Shown here piece by piece: positions 19,056-29,097 of a stretch of DNA of 64,000 bases (positions within the stretch are counted from its first letter, which is position 1; the number at the start of each line of letters is the position of its first letter). A program made the position numbers and the translations under genes. This DNA comes from an archaeon (GTDB taxonomy: Archaea > Micrarchaeota > Micrarchaeia > Norongarragalinales > UBA97): contig JAGVFW010000014.1 in assembly GCA_020057405.1 (NCBI GenBank), forward strand, positions 32,001 through 96,000, written 5' to 3'. The notes below the pieces were generated by a model that had not been told where the DNA came from, did no database searches, and saw nothing but the letters and a program-made list of their open reading frames with translations.

Positions 19056-20252
19056 ATGGCATTCGAAGCAGTTACCCTGGACCTGCAGATGAGCGTGCTT
19101 TTGCTCGTCGCGATCTTGGGTTATTTGTTGTCAGTCAAGCTTGGCCACGCGGTCGTCCTCGGCGAAGTGCTCGCGGGCATAGTCTTCGGCCCGACCTTCC
19201 TAGGCATCATCACATTTAACGAATTTCTCCAAACCATGGCGTCCTTCGGTGCGATTGTGCTGCTTTTCACCGTCGGCCTTGAGACTAAACTGCGTGATGT
19301 CTACAACTTCAAGAGCCTGTGGGTCGCTCTCGGCGGAGTGACATTACCATGGATAGGCGGCTACGCAACAGCAACTCTCTTCGGCTACTCGACACTCGAG
19401 GCGGTCTTCATTGGCACTGCGCTAACCGCGACCAGCATCGCAATCACAGTCGCGGTCTTGCGGGAATTTGGCGCCCTTGACACTGCAGTTGCAAAGACCA
19501 TCATTGGCGCTGCTGTTGTCGACGACGTGCTCAGCCTCATCCTCTTGAGCGCCACAGTCGGTGCCGGAACCGGCGCACTGACGCTCGAATCATTCACTGC
19601 ACCCGCATTCTACGCAATCGCATTCATCGCAATCGGCCTGATGCTAGGCACATTCTTCGCAAGCATCCTGCGCAAGCTCGACCACCTCGTGGCTACCCGC
19701 AGCTACCCCGAAAACATCACGCTCATCGCAGCATTCGCTGTCGCCTTCGCCTACGCTACAGTCGCCGAACTAATGGGCCTTAGCGCCATTGTAGGTGCCT
19801 TCATCGCTGGCGTCAGCCTCGAACCCATCGCCAGCCGCGGCTTCCGTGAGGGCGCGCGCAACCTCGAAGCCATCTTCTCCGCAATCTTCTTCGTCTCACT
19901 GGGCGCCCTCGTCAAGATAGACCCGGCAACGCTAGTTGCAGCCGCGCCATTCGTAATCGTCCTCACGCTAGTCGCTGCGGCGACCAAACTCGCCGGATGC
20001 TACCTGCCAGCCAGCCTCGCCGGACACAACCAAAAAGAGGCACTCGCAATCGGCGTTGGCATGATTCCGCGGGGAGAAGTCGCGCTCATCGTTGCCCTCA
20101 TCGGACTTAACGCGGGCATTATCGCGCAATCGACTTACGCCATCCTCCTCTTCGTCACCATGCTCACGACCGTCATCACGCCAATTTTCCTCAAGCCTAT
20201 GTTCCCCCGCCCGCAAAAGCAATCTCGCGTTTCCGGAAAGAAGCGCAAATGA
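19056..20252 (+). CDS. Cation:proton antiporter (CPA2, NapA-like)
   Basis: Highly hydrophobic; LLFTVGLE, TATSIAI, AAVVDD, GMIPRGEV. Confidence 0.92.
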   Translation: MAFEAVTLDLQMSVLLLVAILGYLLSVKLGHAVVLGEVLAGIVFGPTFLGIITFNEFLQTMASFGAIVLLFTVGLETKLRDVYNFKSLWVALGGVTLPWIGGYATATLFGYSTLEAVFIGTALTATSIAITVAVLREFGALDTAVAKTIIGAAVVDDVLSLILLSATVGAGTGALTLESFTAPAFYAIAFIAIGLMLGTFFASILRKLDHLVATRSYPENITLIAAFAVAFAYATVAELMGLSAIVGAFIAGVSLEPIASRGFREGARNLEAIFSAIFFVSLGALVKIDPATLVAAAPFVIVLTLVAAATKLAGCYLPASLAGHNQKEALAIGVGMIPRGEVALIVALIGLNAGIIAQSTYAILLFVTMLTTVITPIFLKPMFPRPQKQSRVSGKKRK

Positions 20253-21577
20253 ACTACAACGCCGCCCTGAGGTTTCTCGACACGCTGCCAGCAGAAGGCG
20301 CCAACCTAAAGGCCAACGCCATGCGCCTCGAGCGAATGCACCTTTTGCTCAAGCTCTTGGGCAACCCGCATCGCCGCTACCAAGCCATTCACGTTGCCGG
20401 CACCGCAGGAAAGGGAAGCACGTGCGCAATCGCGGCCCAACTCTTAACCGCCCACGGCGTGCTCACGGGCCTGCACTCCTCGCCCCACCTGCAAACCATC
20501 CGAGAGCGAATGTCAGTTGACGGCAAAAAGATTTCCGAGAGCGAGTTTGCCGCCCTAGCAACCAAAATCGAGCCATTGTGCAAGCGCGTTGCAAAGCAAC
20601 TTCCAAAGTTCGGCATTCCCACGTATTACGAAGCAACTCTCGCAATGGCATTCCAGCACTTTGCCGATAACGGCGTGAAAATTGCGGTTGTCGAGACGGG
20701 CTTGGGCGGTGCCCTCGACGCAACTAATGTGCTAAAACCAAAAGTCGCAGTCATCACGAACGTTGGCCTTGACCACACGGAAATACTCGGGCATACAATC
20801 GCGCTTATTGCAAAAGACAAGGCAGGCATAATCAAGCGCGGCGCGATCGTGGTGACTGGCGCTAATGGAAGCGCACTAAAAATAATTGAAAAAAAAGCAC
20901 TGAAAAATCACGCGCCCATTCTACGGCTGGGCAACGAAATTCTCATCGACAGCGTTTTGTGCGATGCCAACGGCAGCACGTTCTGCCTGCACCTGCTAGG
21001 CAAGCATTTCCACAACCTGCGCTTATCGCTAGTCGGCCCTTACCAGGCGGTAAACGCCGGGCTCGCAATTGCGGCATGTAGCAAAATCATCAAGCTTGAC
21101 GAAAAGAAAGTGCGAAAACCCCTCGCAACCGCATTTGTGCCTTGCCGTCTTGAAATAATGCAGCGAAAGCCGCTCGTCATTCTCGACGGGGCGCACAACC
21201 CGATGAAAGCACGCGCGCTTGCGGCAACCCTGCCACTCTTTGGGCATAAATTTGTTTTCGTCGTCGGCATTTCAGCAACAAAAGACGCGGCCGGCATCAT
21301 AAGGGCGCTAAAGCCGCTGGCGGCAGAATTTATTTTCACCCGCGGGAGTGACGGGAAACGGTTTTACCCGCCGCAGGAGCTAAAAGCGATTGCTGGAATG
21401 GGGAAAGTGGAGCCGAACTTGAGAAAGGCAGTCCCTCTTGCGCTCTCAATTGCCCTGCGCCGCAAAGTGCCCGCCTGCGTCACCGGCTCGCTTTACGTGG
21501 CGGGCGAGGCTCGGGGGTTCTGGGCAAAGGCCGCGGCTAGAAGCAGGGGGAAGGGCTTAAAGCCTCATTACCTTTAA
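20249..21577 (+). CDS. folC: Folylpolyglutamate synthase / dihydrofolate synthase
   Basis: IHVAGTAGKGST, SPHL..IRER, VETGLGGALDATNV, LDGAHNP, GSLY. Confidence 0.93.
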   Translation: MNYNAALRFLDTLPAEGANLKANAMRLERMHLLLKLLGNPHRRYQAIHVAGTAGKGSTCAIAAQLLTAHGVLTGLHSSPHLQTIRERMSVDGKKISESEFAALATKIEPLCKRVAKQLPKFGIPTYYEATLAMAFQHFADNGVKIAVVETGLGGALDATNVLKPKVAVITNVGLDHTEILGHTIALIAKDKAGIIKRGAIVVTGANGSALKIIEKKALKNHAPILRLGNEILIDSVLCDANGSTFCLHLLGKHFHNLRLSLVGPYQAVNAGLAIAACSKIIKLDEKKVRKPLATAFVPCRLEIMQRKPLVILDGAHNPMKARALAATLPLFGHKFVFVVGISATKDAAGIIRALKPLAAEFIFTRGSDGKRFYPPQELKAIAGMGKVEPNLRKAVPLALSIALRRKVPACVTGSLYVAGEARGFWAKAAARSRGKGLKPHYL

Positions 21578-21654
21578 ATGCGTTCCTAGCCTAATCACTC
21601 CAGTTTAAGGCGCGATTAAGCGCCGCAATCCACATAAGTTATTTTTCAGCCCGC

Positions 21655-23187
21655 ATGGGTGGAATGCGTTGGGAAGTGGCAGGAATGGAAAGGGAAGAGA
21701 TAGTCTCTAGGCTTCGCGAGCGAAAGCTCTTGGTCGCTCCAGACGCGGTCGACCACCTCGTTGGCGAGCACGCGGGCGAGGCCGAAGAAATAATCAAGCG
21801 CATCATCGAGCGCGCAAGCGGGCCGTTTGTCTCACGCGAGTTAGTCGAAGAGACAGTCAGCGACATGCACGAGGCCCAAAAAATCAAGAGCATCGTCGTA
21901 CTCCAGCAAGCCAATTACACTCCCGCGGCAAAGGACGTCGAGGCGGACGTCAAGATCCACGACGAGTGGGATGTGACCGGCAAGAGCACGTGCACTGGCC
22001 ACGTCGAGGACTTTGTCAACTACTTCCGCGACAGGCTCGCCCGCGAGAGCCACTTGCTTAAGAACCGGCCAAGCGACCTTGGCGTCACGCGCATGTCGGC
22101 ACTCAAGCAGTCAATGCAAAAGAAGAACGCACGCATTGTCGGGATGGTGTGGGAAAAGCGCGTCACGAAAAACGGCCACACCTTAATCGACATCGAGGAC
22201 GAAGAGACGTCATTGCCGTGCTTCATCTCAAAGGACGCCCCTGCGGCGCTTAAGGAGGCGGCCAACGACATCGTTTCGGACGAAGTCATTGGCTTTGACG
22301 GGTACCTTAGCAACGGCCTTTTCATCGTCAAGGAAATCATCTGGCCCGACATCCCGATTCGTGAAAAGAAGCTGGTGGAGGACGACATTGCCATTGCATT
22401 CATTTCAGACCTGCAAATCGGCAGCCGCTATTTCATGCAGGAGAACTTCACGCGCTTTCTCAAATTCATCAACGGCGATGCCGAGAAGCCGCAGGATCGC
22501 GAGTTGGCAGGAAAAATCAAGTACTTGTGCGTCGCGGGCGACGTGGTTGACGGCATCGGCATCTACCCCGAGCAGGAAAAAGAGCTTGTAACCAAGGACG
22601 TCTACACGCAGTACGAAATCTTCTCGGAATACATGAAAAGCGTGCCAGAGCACATCCAGATCCTCATCGGACCCGGCAACCATGATGCCGTCCGGATTGC
22701 GCAGCCGCGGCCCAGGCTGCCAAACGAGTTTACCAAAGCGTTTGAAGGGTATTCCAACATCCATTTAGTCGGCGACCCGGCCTTTTTCGAGCTGCATGGC
22801 TTGCGAACGATGATGTTTCACGGCGACGGCTTCTTCTCACTTGCGGCAAACATGCCGAAACTAAGCGGCGCGTACACCAACCCCGAGCGCGCGGCGGTTG
22901 AGATGCTCAAAAAGCGCCACCTCTCGCCCATCTATGGGGAGAACCCGGTTGTGCCTGAAAAGACTGACTTTCTTTTCTTGCGCGAAGTGCCCGACTTAGT
23001 GCACTTTGGCCACGTTCACCACAATGGCTACGCTACTTACCGCGGCACTACGGTAATCAACAGCGGCACCTGGCAGTCGACAACCGCCTACCAGCTAAAG
23101 CAAGGCCACTTGCCAACTCCGGGACAGCTTCCCATTTACAGCGCCCGGACGGGCACGCTAAACATTCTTGATTTTGGAGGCGATTGA
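21655..23187 (+). CDS. DNA polymerase D small (exonuclease) subunit DP1
   Basis: OB fold plus phosphoesterase motifs ISDLQIGS, GDVVDGIGIYP, PGNHD, HG, GHVH, NSGTWQ; start may be ATG 21685. Confidence 0.93.
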   Translation: MGGMRWEVAGMEREEIVSRLRERKLLVAPDAVDHLVGEHAGEAEEIIKRIIERASGPFVSRELVEETVSDMHEAQKIKSIVVLQQANYTPAAKDVEADVKIHDEWDVTGKSTCTGHVEDFVNYFRDRLARESHLLKNRPSDLGVTRMSALKQSMQKKNARIVGMVWEKRVTKNGHTLIDIEDEETSLPCFISKDAPAALKEAANDIVSDEVIGFDGYLSNGLFIVKEIIWPDIPIREKKLVEDDIAIAFISDLQIGSRYFMQENFTRFLKFINGDAEKPQDRELAGKIKYLCVAGDVVDGIGIYPEQEKELVTKDVYTQYEIFSEYMKSVPEHIQILIGPGNHDAVRIAQPRPRLPNEFTKAFEGYSNIHLVGDPAFFELHGLRTMMFHGDGFFSLAANMPKLSGAYTNPERAAVEMLKKRHLSPIYGENPVVPEKTDFLFLREVPDLVHFGHVHHNGYATYRGTTVINSGTWQSTTAYQLKQGHLPTPGQLPIYSARTGTLNILDFGGD

Positions 23188-23188
23188 A

Positions 23189-23977
23189 ATGGCATACGAA
23201 AAACAGCTGAAGGCGGCGGTCGGCGCTGCAAAAGCTGCGGGAAAAGTCTTGATGAAGCACCGGGGCGCCAAATTGTCGCTTTCGATGAAGGAAAGCAACG
23301 ACTTTGCAACCCAGGCGGACTTTGAGTCGCAGGCGCTTGTGAAAAAAATGCTTGCAAAAGCTTTTCCGGACTACTCTTTTCTCGGCGAGGAAGACAAAAA
23401 GCACTCCACCGACTACCGGGGCTTCAAGTGGATTGTCGACCCGCTTGACGGCACGATAAACTACGCCCTTGGCCTGCCGTGGTTCTGCACCTCAATTGCC
23501 TTGGCGAAAGACGGCGAGCCAGTCCTTGGCGTCATCTATTCGCCAGTCTCAAAAGAACTCTTCGTCGCGGTTACTGGGGGCGGCTCGTTTCTTAACGGCA
23601 AGCGGCTTAGCGTGTCGAAAAAGCCCCTAGAGCAGCTGGCCCTCGGCTTTTCTATTTCCCACCGGCCGGAAAACTCCCGCCGGGTTGTCAAGCACCTGCC
23701 ATTCCTGCACCCCATTTGCCTACGATTTAGGTGCATCGGCTCGATTGCCGAAGAAGTTTGCCACGTCGCAAGCGGCAGGTTCGGCGCGTACTATAACCTC
23801 ATCTCAACGCCCTGGGATTTCGCAGCTGCGAAAGTCATTGTCGAAGAGGCAGGCGGGATTACAAGCGACTTGACGGGCAAAGCGTGGAAGCCAACGTCGC
23901 CAAACATCCTCGTCGCCAATAGCAAGCGCAGCCAAAGGCTCTTGATAGAAGCAATTGCCATGGGAGAACGGTCATGA
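23189..23977 (+). CDS. suhB: Inositol monophosphatase family protein
   Basis: GEE, WIVDPLDGTINY, WDFAA motifs. Confidence 0.9.
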   Translation: MAYEKQLKAAVGAAKAAGKVLMKHRGAKLSLSMKESNDFATQADFESQALVKKMLAKAFPDYSFLGEEDKKHSTDYRGFKWIVDPLDGTINYALGLPWFCTSIALAKDGEPVLGVIYSPVSKELFVAVTGGGSFLNGKRLSVSKKPLEQLALGFSISHRPENSRRVVKHLPFLHPICLRFRCIGSIAEEVCHVASGRFGAYYNLISTPWDFAAAKVIVEEAGGITSDLTGKAWKPTSPNILVANSKRSQRLLIEAIAMGERS

Positions 23978-24507
23978 GCGAAAAGCAGCCTGCAGCGGAC
24001 GGCAATGAAAGCCATGCGGAGGAAGTCGAGGGAACGCCAGTCCAGCGCCACTTCTGCAGCACCACTTACGTCACGCAAAAGCAGTCCGGCGTCTTCAAGA
24101 CTCTTCTCCTAATGCACAAGAAGCTCGGCGTGTGGCTCCCGCCCGGCGGGCACGTTGAGGAAAACGAGCTGCCCCACGAGGCTGCCTTGCGCGAAGTGTT
24201 TGAGGAAACCGGGTTGCGGGTGACTTTAGACGGTGGCAATGAAGGGAAGGCAATGGGCGAACGGACGCTCTTGCTGCCGCCGGCTCACCACCTGCAGCTT
24301 GAGGAAATCGAGGCGGGCCGCCATTATCACATTGACTTCATTTATTTTGCAACCGCTCCCGACGGGGCGCAAGTGGTTGACGGGGAAAACCACGGCGACA
24401 TAAAGTGGTTTGACGAGCACGAAATCCGCGCGATTGCGGAAAAAGACATGTTTGGCGAAGCGCGCTTGAATGCGCTTGAAAGCATTTGGAGGCACGACAA
24501 ACACTAA
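23974..24507 (+). CDS. NUDIX hydrolase
   Basis: HKKLGVWLPPGGHVEENELPHEAALREVFEETGL. Confidence 0.9.
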   Translation: MSEKQPAADGNESHAEEVEGTPVQRHFCSTTYVTQKQSGVFKTLLLMHKKLGVWLPPGGHVEENELPHEAALREVFEETGLRVTLDGGNEGKAMGERTLLLPPAHHLQLEEIEAGRHYHIDFIYFATAPDGAQVVDGENHGDIKWFDEHEIRAIAEKDMFGEARLNALESIWRHDKH

Positions 24508-27500
24508 TGGCAGCTCCGGAAGCGGCGGCGAACAGGGAAGTCACTGTCGCCTCCCCGCGCATGAAGCTTTATCTCGGCGGCCTTAACGACGAGTTTCACC
24601 GCGCGTACGCAGTTGCAAGGCAGGCGCGCTCGAAAGGCAAGGACCCGGCAACTGACGTCGAGATAGCACCCGCAGAGGACATGGCCGCGCGCGTCGAGGG
24701 CCTCGTCGGGCCAAAGGGGATTGCCGAACGCATTCGCGAGCACATGAAAACCAAGGACCGCGAGGCAGCCGCGTTTGCAGTTGCAAAGGAGCTCATGCTC
24801 GAAGGCGGGGAAATCACCGCCCAGACTCTGCCAAGCGAGAAAGTCAGGCGCATCGAGCAGGCGGTTCGCACGGGGCTGGCTCTTGTGACTGAAGGAGTCG
24901 TCTCGGCGCCAATCGAAGGCATTTCAAGAGTGCAGGTGCGCAAGAATCCTGACGGGAGCGAATTCATTTCAATCGGCTTTGCGGGGCCAATTCGGGGCGC
25001 TGGTGGCACGGGCCAGGCTTTTGCCCTTCTCTTGGCCGACTTTTGCAGGCAGGTTGCGCACATCGGAAACTACCGGCCCCGGCAGGATGAAGTAGAACGG
25101 TACGTCGAGGAACTGAATTTGTACGCCAGACGCACGCGCGCGGGCCAGTACGTGCCGACTGAAGAGGAAATCAAGCACATTGCAAACAACTGCGCGGTGT
25201 GCATTGACGGCGAGCCGAGCGAGGAATACGAGGTCAGCACGAAAAAAGACCTGCGCGTGACTGTCGCGGATGACACGGGCACTAAAGTCGAGATGGTGAC
25301 CAACCGCGTGCGAAGCGGCGTTTGCTTAGTCATGAGCGAGGGCGTGTGCCTCAAGGCGGCTAAAGTGCTGAAAATTACGAAGAAGAACGGCCTTGACTGG
25401 CAGTGGGTTGAGAAGCTCATTAAAGTCGCGAAAAAGGACTCGATGAAGATGGAGCTAAAGCCTTCGTCAAAGTACATGGACGAGATTGTCGCCGGCAGGC
25501 CAATCTTTTCCTATCCCATGCGGCCCGGCGGCTTTCGCCTGCGCTACGGCCGCACGCCGATGACGGGCATTGCAGCAAAGGCGACGCACCCCGCGACGAT
25601 GGTGGTGCTTGGAGAATTTCCGGCAATCGGCACGCAGCTAAAGGTCGAGCGGCCCGGCAAGGGGTGCGTGATTACCCCGTGCTCCGACTGCGAACCGCCC
25701 ATAGTCAAGCTCGCTAATGGTGACGTCGTGCGCGTGAATAGCGCCGAGGAAGCGCGCGTTCTAGCGCCAGTGATTTCTGAGATTCTCTTCATCGGCGACT
25801 TGCTCGTCAACTACGGCGATTTTCTAAAGAGCAACCACGTGCTCGTGCCCTGCGGGTATAACGAGGAGTGGCACTCGCTTGAACTGGCGGCAAAGGGGAT
25901 TGAGCTGACGCCTGCACAAGCGAGGCTGCAGCCTGCCGAAGAGGCACTCGAGCTGTGCAGGACTAAAGGCGTGCCCCTGTCACCTAGGCTGACTTTCTTT
26001 TGGAACGACGTCTCGGCACAGCAAATGCAGGAGCTGGCAAGCTGGCTTGACGCCGCGAAGTACGAGAGTTCCAAGGGGCTGCTGCAGGCAAGCATGGCGG
26101 GGCCAATTGAGGCGAAGGCCAAGCACTGCCTAGAGGAACTGGGCGTGCCCCACCGCGTGACGGAAGGCGAGATAGTCATTGGCAGGGACGAGGCGCTCGC
26201 GTTGCTCGTATCAATGGGCATGCTTGCTGCAGACGGGAGCAAAAAGGGCCTCGAACGATTTAACGCGGCGTTTGACGCGCAAAAAACGGGCTTGCAAATT
26301 ATTGTTGACGCTGCCACCGTGCAAGTGCGAGACAAGTCGGGAACTTACATTGGCGCGAGCATGGGCCGACCCGAGAAAGCCAAGCCACGAAAGATGAAGC
26401 CGCCTGTGCACGCCTTATTTCCCGTTGGCCTGCACGGCGGAAAGCTAAGGAGCCTAGTGAAGGCAGTAAAGAGCATTGCCGAGGCGGATGTGAAGACGGC
26501 CGAACTGGAATTAAACTACCGCGCGTGCCCCGACTGCCAGAAGGAGACTTGGGAACTCTTGTGCGAGTCTTGCGGCGTGCACACTGTTGGTGCAAACAAG
26601 TGCTTCAAGTGCGGCAAGCTCTTTGTCGGCGAGCTTTGCTCCTGCGGTGGCGAGGGCTCACCAGCTGGCAAGCAGCCCATTTACTTGGAGCGGGCGTTTA
26701 GAAGCGCGTGCGAGCGCACCAACTGCAAGCCGGTTGAAGTCAAGGGAGTCGTCGGCCTCATTTCGGATGCCAAGACTGCCGAGCCGCTTGAGAAGGGCGT
26801 GCTTCGCGCGGCGCACGATGTTTCAGTCTTCCGCGACGGCACCATCCGCTTTGACGCGACTGAAATCCCGCTCACGCACTTCACTTGCAACATGGCAGGC
26901 ATCACGGTAGGCCAGGCGCGCGAGCTGGGTTACGAGGAAGACGCGTTTGGCAAGCCATTAGAAGACGAGGGCCAGTGGGTCGAGCTAAAGCCGCAGGACA
27001 TGATTCTCCACGAGGACGCGGGCGAGTACCTCATGCGCACGGCGCGGTTTGTCGACGACCTCCTGGTTACTTTCTACGGCATGTCTGCGTACTACAAGCC
27101 GCAGACCGTGCGCGACATGATTGGAAAGCACGTCGTTTCGCTTGCGCCCCACACTTCAGCCGGGGTTTTATCCCGCGTCATCGGTTTTAATCAAGTTCGC
27201 GCGATTCTCGCGCATCCTTACATGCACTGCGCGTGCCGGCGAAACGCCGACGGCGACGAGCTTGCGATAATGCTGCTCTTGGATGCGCTCTTGAACTTTT
27301 CGCTCGCCTACCTGCCCGCAAGCCGGGGCGGGAAAATGGACGCGCCCCTCGTTCTTTCAAGCGAGATTAACCCGTCGCAAGTGGATGACGAGGTGCACGC
27401 GATGGAGTCAGTGTGGGGCTACCCGCTTGAGTTCTACGAGGCTGCGGCAAAATTCACGCCCCCGGGTGAAGTCAAGGTAGAGACGATTGGCCAGAGGCTT

Positions 27501-27989
27501 GGCACGCCGGGGCAGTTTGAGGGCATTGGCTTTACAAACACCTGCGAGTTTGAGGGGGCGCCCTACCAGAGCGCTTACGTGCGGCTTGGGAGCATGGCCG
27601 AGAAGCTCCAAATCGAGCTTGAGTTGATGAGCAAAATCCGGGCGGTCGACACTGCGGGGGCCGCCGAGCGCATCCTGCTTTCGCACTTCTTCCCCGACAT
27701 TTACGGCAACCTGCGCTCGTTTAGCAAACAGAGCTTTAGGTGCGTGGAGTGCAACTTCAAGCACAGGCGCGTGCCCCTCATTGGCAAGTGCAGAAAGTGC
27801 GGCGGCAAGCTTCTCCTCACCATCAACCGCGGTGGGGTCGAGAAGTACTTGAAATTAAGCAAGGCGGTTGCGGAGAAGTACGGCTTGCCCAACTACCTCA
27901 AGCAAAGGCTAATGCTTTTGGGGAAAGAAATCGCGAGCATTTTCGAGAACGAGCAAGTCAAGCAAGTGACGCTGGCGGAATTCGTCTAG
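24507..27989 (+). CDS. DNA polymerase D large subunit DP2
   Basis: GPIRGAGGT, GGFRLRYGR, MGRPEKA, FRDGTIRFD, LAPHTSAG, catalytic RRNADGDE, C-terminal Zn finger; no intein seen. Confidence 0.97.
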   Translation: MAAPEAAANREVTVASPRMKLYLGGLNDEFHRAYAVARQARSKGKDPATDVEIAPAEDMAARVEGLVGPKGIAERIREHMKTKDREAAAFAVAKELMLEGGEITAQTLPSEKVRRIEQAVRTGLALVTEGVVSAPIEGISRVQVRKNPDGSEFISIGFAGPIRGAGGTGQAFALLLADFCRQVAHIGNYRPRQDEVERYVEELNLYARRTRAGQYVPTEEEIKHIANNCAVCIDGEPSEEYEVSTKKDLRVTVADDTGTKVEMVTNRVRSGVCLVMSEGVCLKAAKVLKITKKNGLDWQWVEKLIKVAKKDSMKMELKPSSKYMDEIVAGRPIFSYPMRPGGFRLRYGRTPMTGIAAKATHPATMVVLGEFPAIGTQLKVERPGKGCVITPCSDCEPPIVKLANGDVVRVNSAEEARVLAPVISEILFIGDLLVNYGDFLKSNHVLVPCGYNEEWHSLELAAKGIELTPAQARLQPAEEALELCRTKGVPLSPRLTFFWNDVSAQQMQELASWLDAAKYESSKGLLQASMAGPIEAKAKHCLEELGVPHRVTEGEIVIGRDEALALLVSMGMLAADGSKKGLERFNAAFDAQKTGLQIIVDAATVQVRDKSGTYIGASMGRPEKAKPRKMKPPVHALFPVGLHGGKLRSLVKAVKSIAEADVKTAELELNYRACPDCQKETWELLCESCGVHTVGANKCFKCGKLFVGELCSCGGEGSPAGKQPIYLERAFRSACERTNCKPVEVKGVVGLISDAKTAEPLEKGVLRAAHDVSVFRDGTIRFDATEIPLTHFTCNMAGITVGQARELGYEEDAFGKPLEDEGQWVELKPQDMILHEDAGEYLMRTARFVDDLLVTFYGMSAYYKPQTVRDMIGKHVVSLAPHTSAGVLSRVIGFNQVRAILAHPYMHCACRRNADGDELAIMLLLDALLNFSLAYLPASRGGKMDAPLVLSSEINPSQVDDEVHAMESVWGYPLEFYEAAAKFTPPGEVKVETIGQRLGTPGQFEGIGFTNTCEFEGAPYQSAYVRLGSMAEKLQIELELMSKIRAVDTAGAAERILLSHFFPDIYGNLRSFSKQSFRCVECNFKHRRVPLIGKCRKCGGKLLLTINRGGVEKYLKLSKAVAEKYGLPNYLKQRLMLLGKEIASIFENEQVKQVTLAEFV

Positions 27990-28459
27990 AGCCCGTACCA
28001 GCGGCGGAGTGCCGCAATCGCCAAGTACCAGTGGTCCTGCGCTTCGCCCGAAAGGCCGCTTGGCTTGAACCGCGGAATCAGCATGGTGAAAACTTCGCGA
28101 AGCAGCTTGGCGTCTGCCTTGCCCTCGATTGGCGTGCTTACGGTGGCGTGGATTTGGGGGTCGTCGTCCTTGATTACTCTCTGCCAGTAGTCTTTGGCGT
28201 CGTCCTGGAAAAGGCAGGATTTTCCTAACAGCGTCGGCTCGGAGTCTTGGGGGACCGCGCCGATGTGGAGGGCCGGGCCGTTGAGCTTGTCGTGCATGAT
28301 TTCAATGACTATGTCGTGCTCGTCGCGGTGGTCGAGCTTGGCGGTGAAGAAATAGACATCCCCGTGACCGGTTTGGCTAAACGGTATGCGTTTGGGGATG
28401 AAAATCCCCTCGCGCTTTAGCAAGTCAAGCTTGAGGGCGGCAAGCGGGTGTTCGGCCAT
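27986..28459 (-). CDS. Hypothetical protein
   Basis: ATG-started ORF whose stop overlaps the DP2 stop (CTAG). Confidence 0.6.
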   Translation of the reverse strand: MAEHPLAALKLDLLKREGIFIPKRIPFSQTGHGDVYFFTAKLDHRDEHDIVIEIMHDKLNGPALHIGAVPQDSEPTLLGKSCLFQDDAKDYWQRVIKDDDPQIHATVSTPIEGKADAKLLREVFTMLIPRFKPSGLSGEAQDHWYLAIAALRRWYGL

Positions 28460-28478
28460 GAAGCTAGTTTGGCCCCGG

Positions 28479-28751
28479 CTATAATTTAAGCCCTGCTAGG
28501 TGCAGGAGGATGAGGAGTCCCACGCCGGCCAGGCCCAAGACGGCCGTTACCAGCACGCTAAGAAAGTTGATTCCGATTTTGATGCCGTAGGCGCCGCCAA
28601 GCCAGTTGACGAGAATGAGTGCGATGAGGCCGATGACGGTGTTGACCAGAAGCTTGCGCAAAAAGCCGACTAGGAAAATCGTGATTGCGATGAAGGCGAT
28701 TGCGATGACTAGTAGAATCCAAATCGGGATTGCGAGGAACTCAAGAACCAT
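28479..28751 (-). CDS. BofA-like small membrane protein
   Basis: LLVNTVIGLIALILVN..GIKIGINFLSVLVTAVLGLAGV resembles the BofA family pattern. Confidence 0.7.
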   Translation of the reverse strand: MVLEFLAIPIWILLVIAIAFIAITIFLVGFLRKLLVNTVIGLIALILVNWLGGAYGIKIGINFLSVLVTAVLGLAGVGLLILLHLAGLKL

Positions 28752-28878
28752 CGGGTCTCATCTTCTCCTTTAGTTTTCGGTAGACTCCCATCAAAATGAA
28801 GACCGCGACGATGGCGCCGATGCCCAGGGCAAGCAGGAACCAGATTGGAATCGAGTCGAAGTTGTCAAAGAGCGCCAT
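28741..28878 (-). CDS. Single-helix membrane peptide (45 aa)
   Basis: GGTGA SD; MALFDNFDSIPIWFLLALGIGAIVAVFILMGVYRKLKEKMRPDGS. Confidence 0.6.
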   Translation of the reverse strand: MALFDNFDSIPIWFLLALGIGAIVAVFILMGVYRKLKEKMRPDGS

Positions 28879-28926
28879 TTTTTCACCAAAAAAATATTGT
28901 TGGAGCCGCTTTGGCCCCGAATGATT

Positions 28927-29097
28927 TTAGCAGTCGTGCGCCATTACGGTCTGCCTGCCGTTTGCCTTCGCGCGCGCTGCAGCTGCGCCTAGCAATGCCG
29001 CAACCTGGCGGTCAAGCGCTTCGAAAACACTGCCTGAAGTTCGCATGCCCTTCTTCTTGAAAAAGTCTCCAACTTCGCTCTTTACAACAAGTCCCAT
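28927..29097 (-). CDS. Small histone-fold protein (56 aa, missing from ORF track)
   Basis: MGLVVKSEVGDFFKKKGMRTSGSVFEALDRQVAALLGAAAARAKANGRQTVMAHDC, with the histone RxTxxxxD motif; GAGGTG SD and TTTTAT element upstream. Confidence 0.85.
   Translation of the reverse strand: MGLVVKSEVGDFFKKKGMRTSGSVFEALDRQVAALLGAAAARAKANGRQTVMAHDC

Noticed and set aside
27238-27265. DP2 motif NADGDEL suggesting an inactive enzyme or intein scar
   Set aside because: Both Asp of the DGD catalytic pair are present and the protein is continuous.
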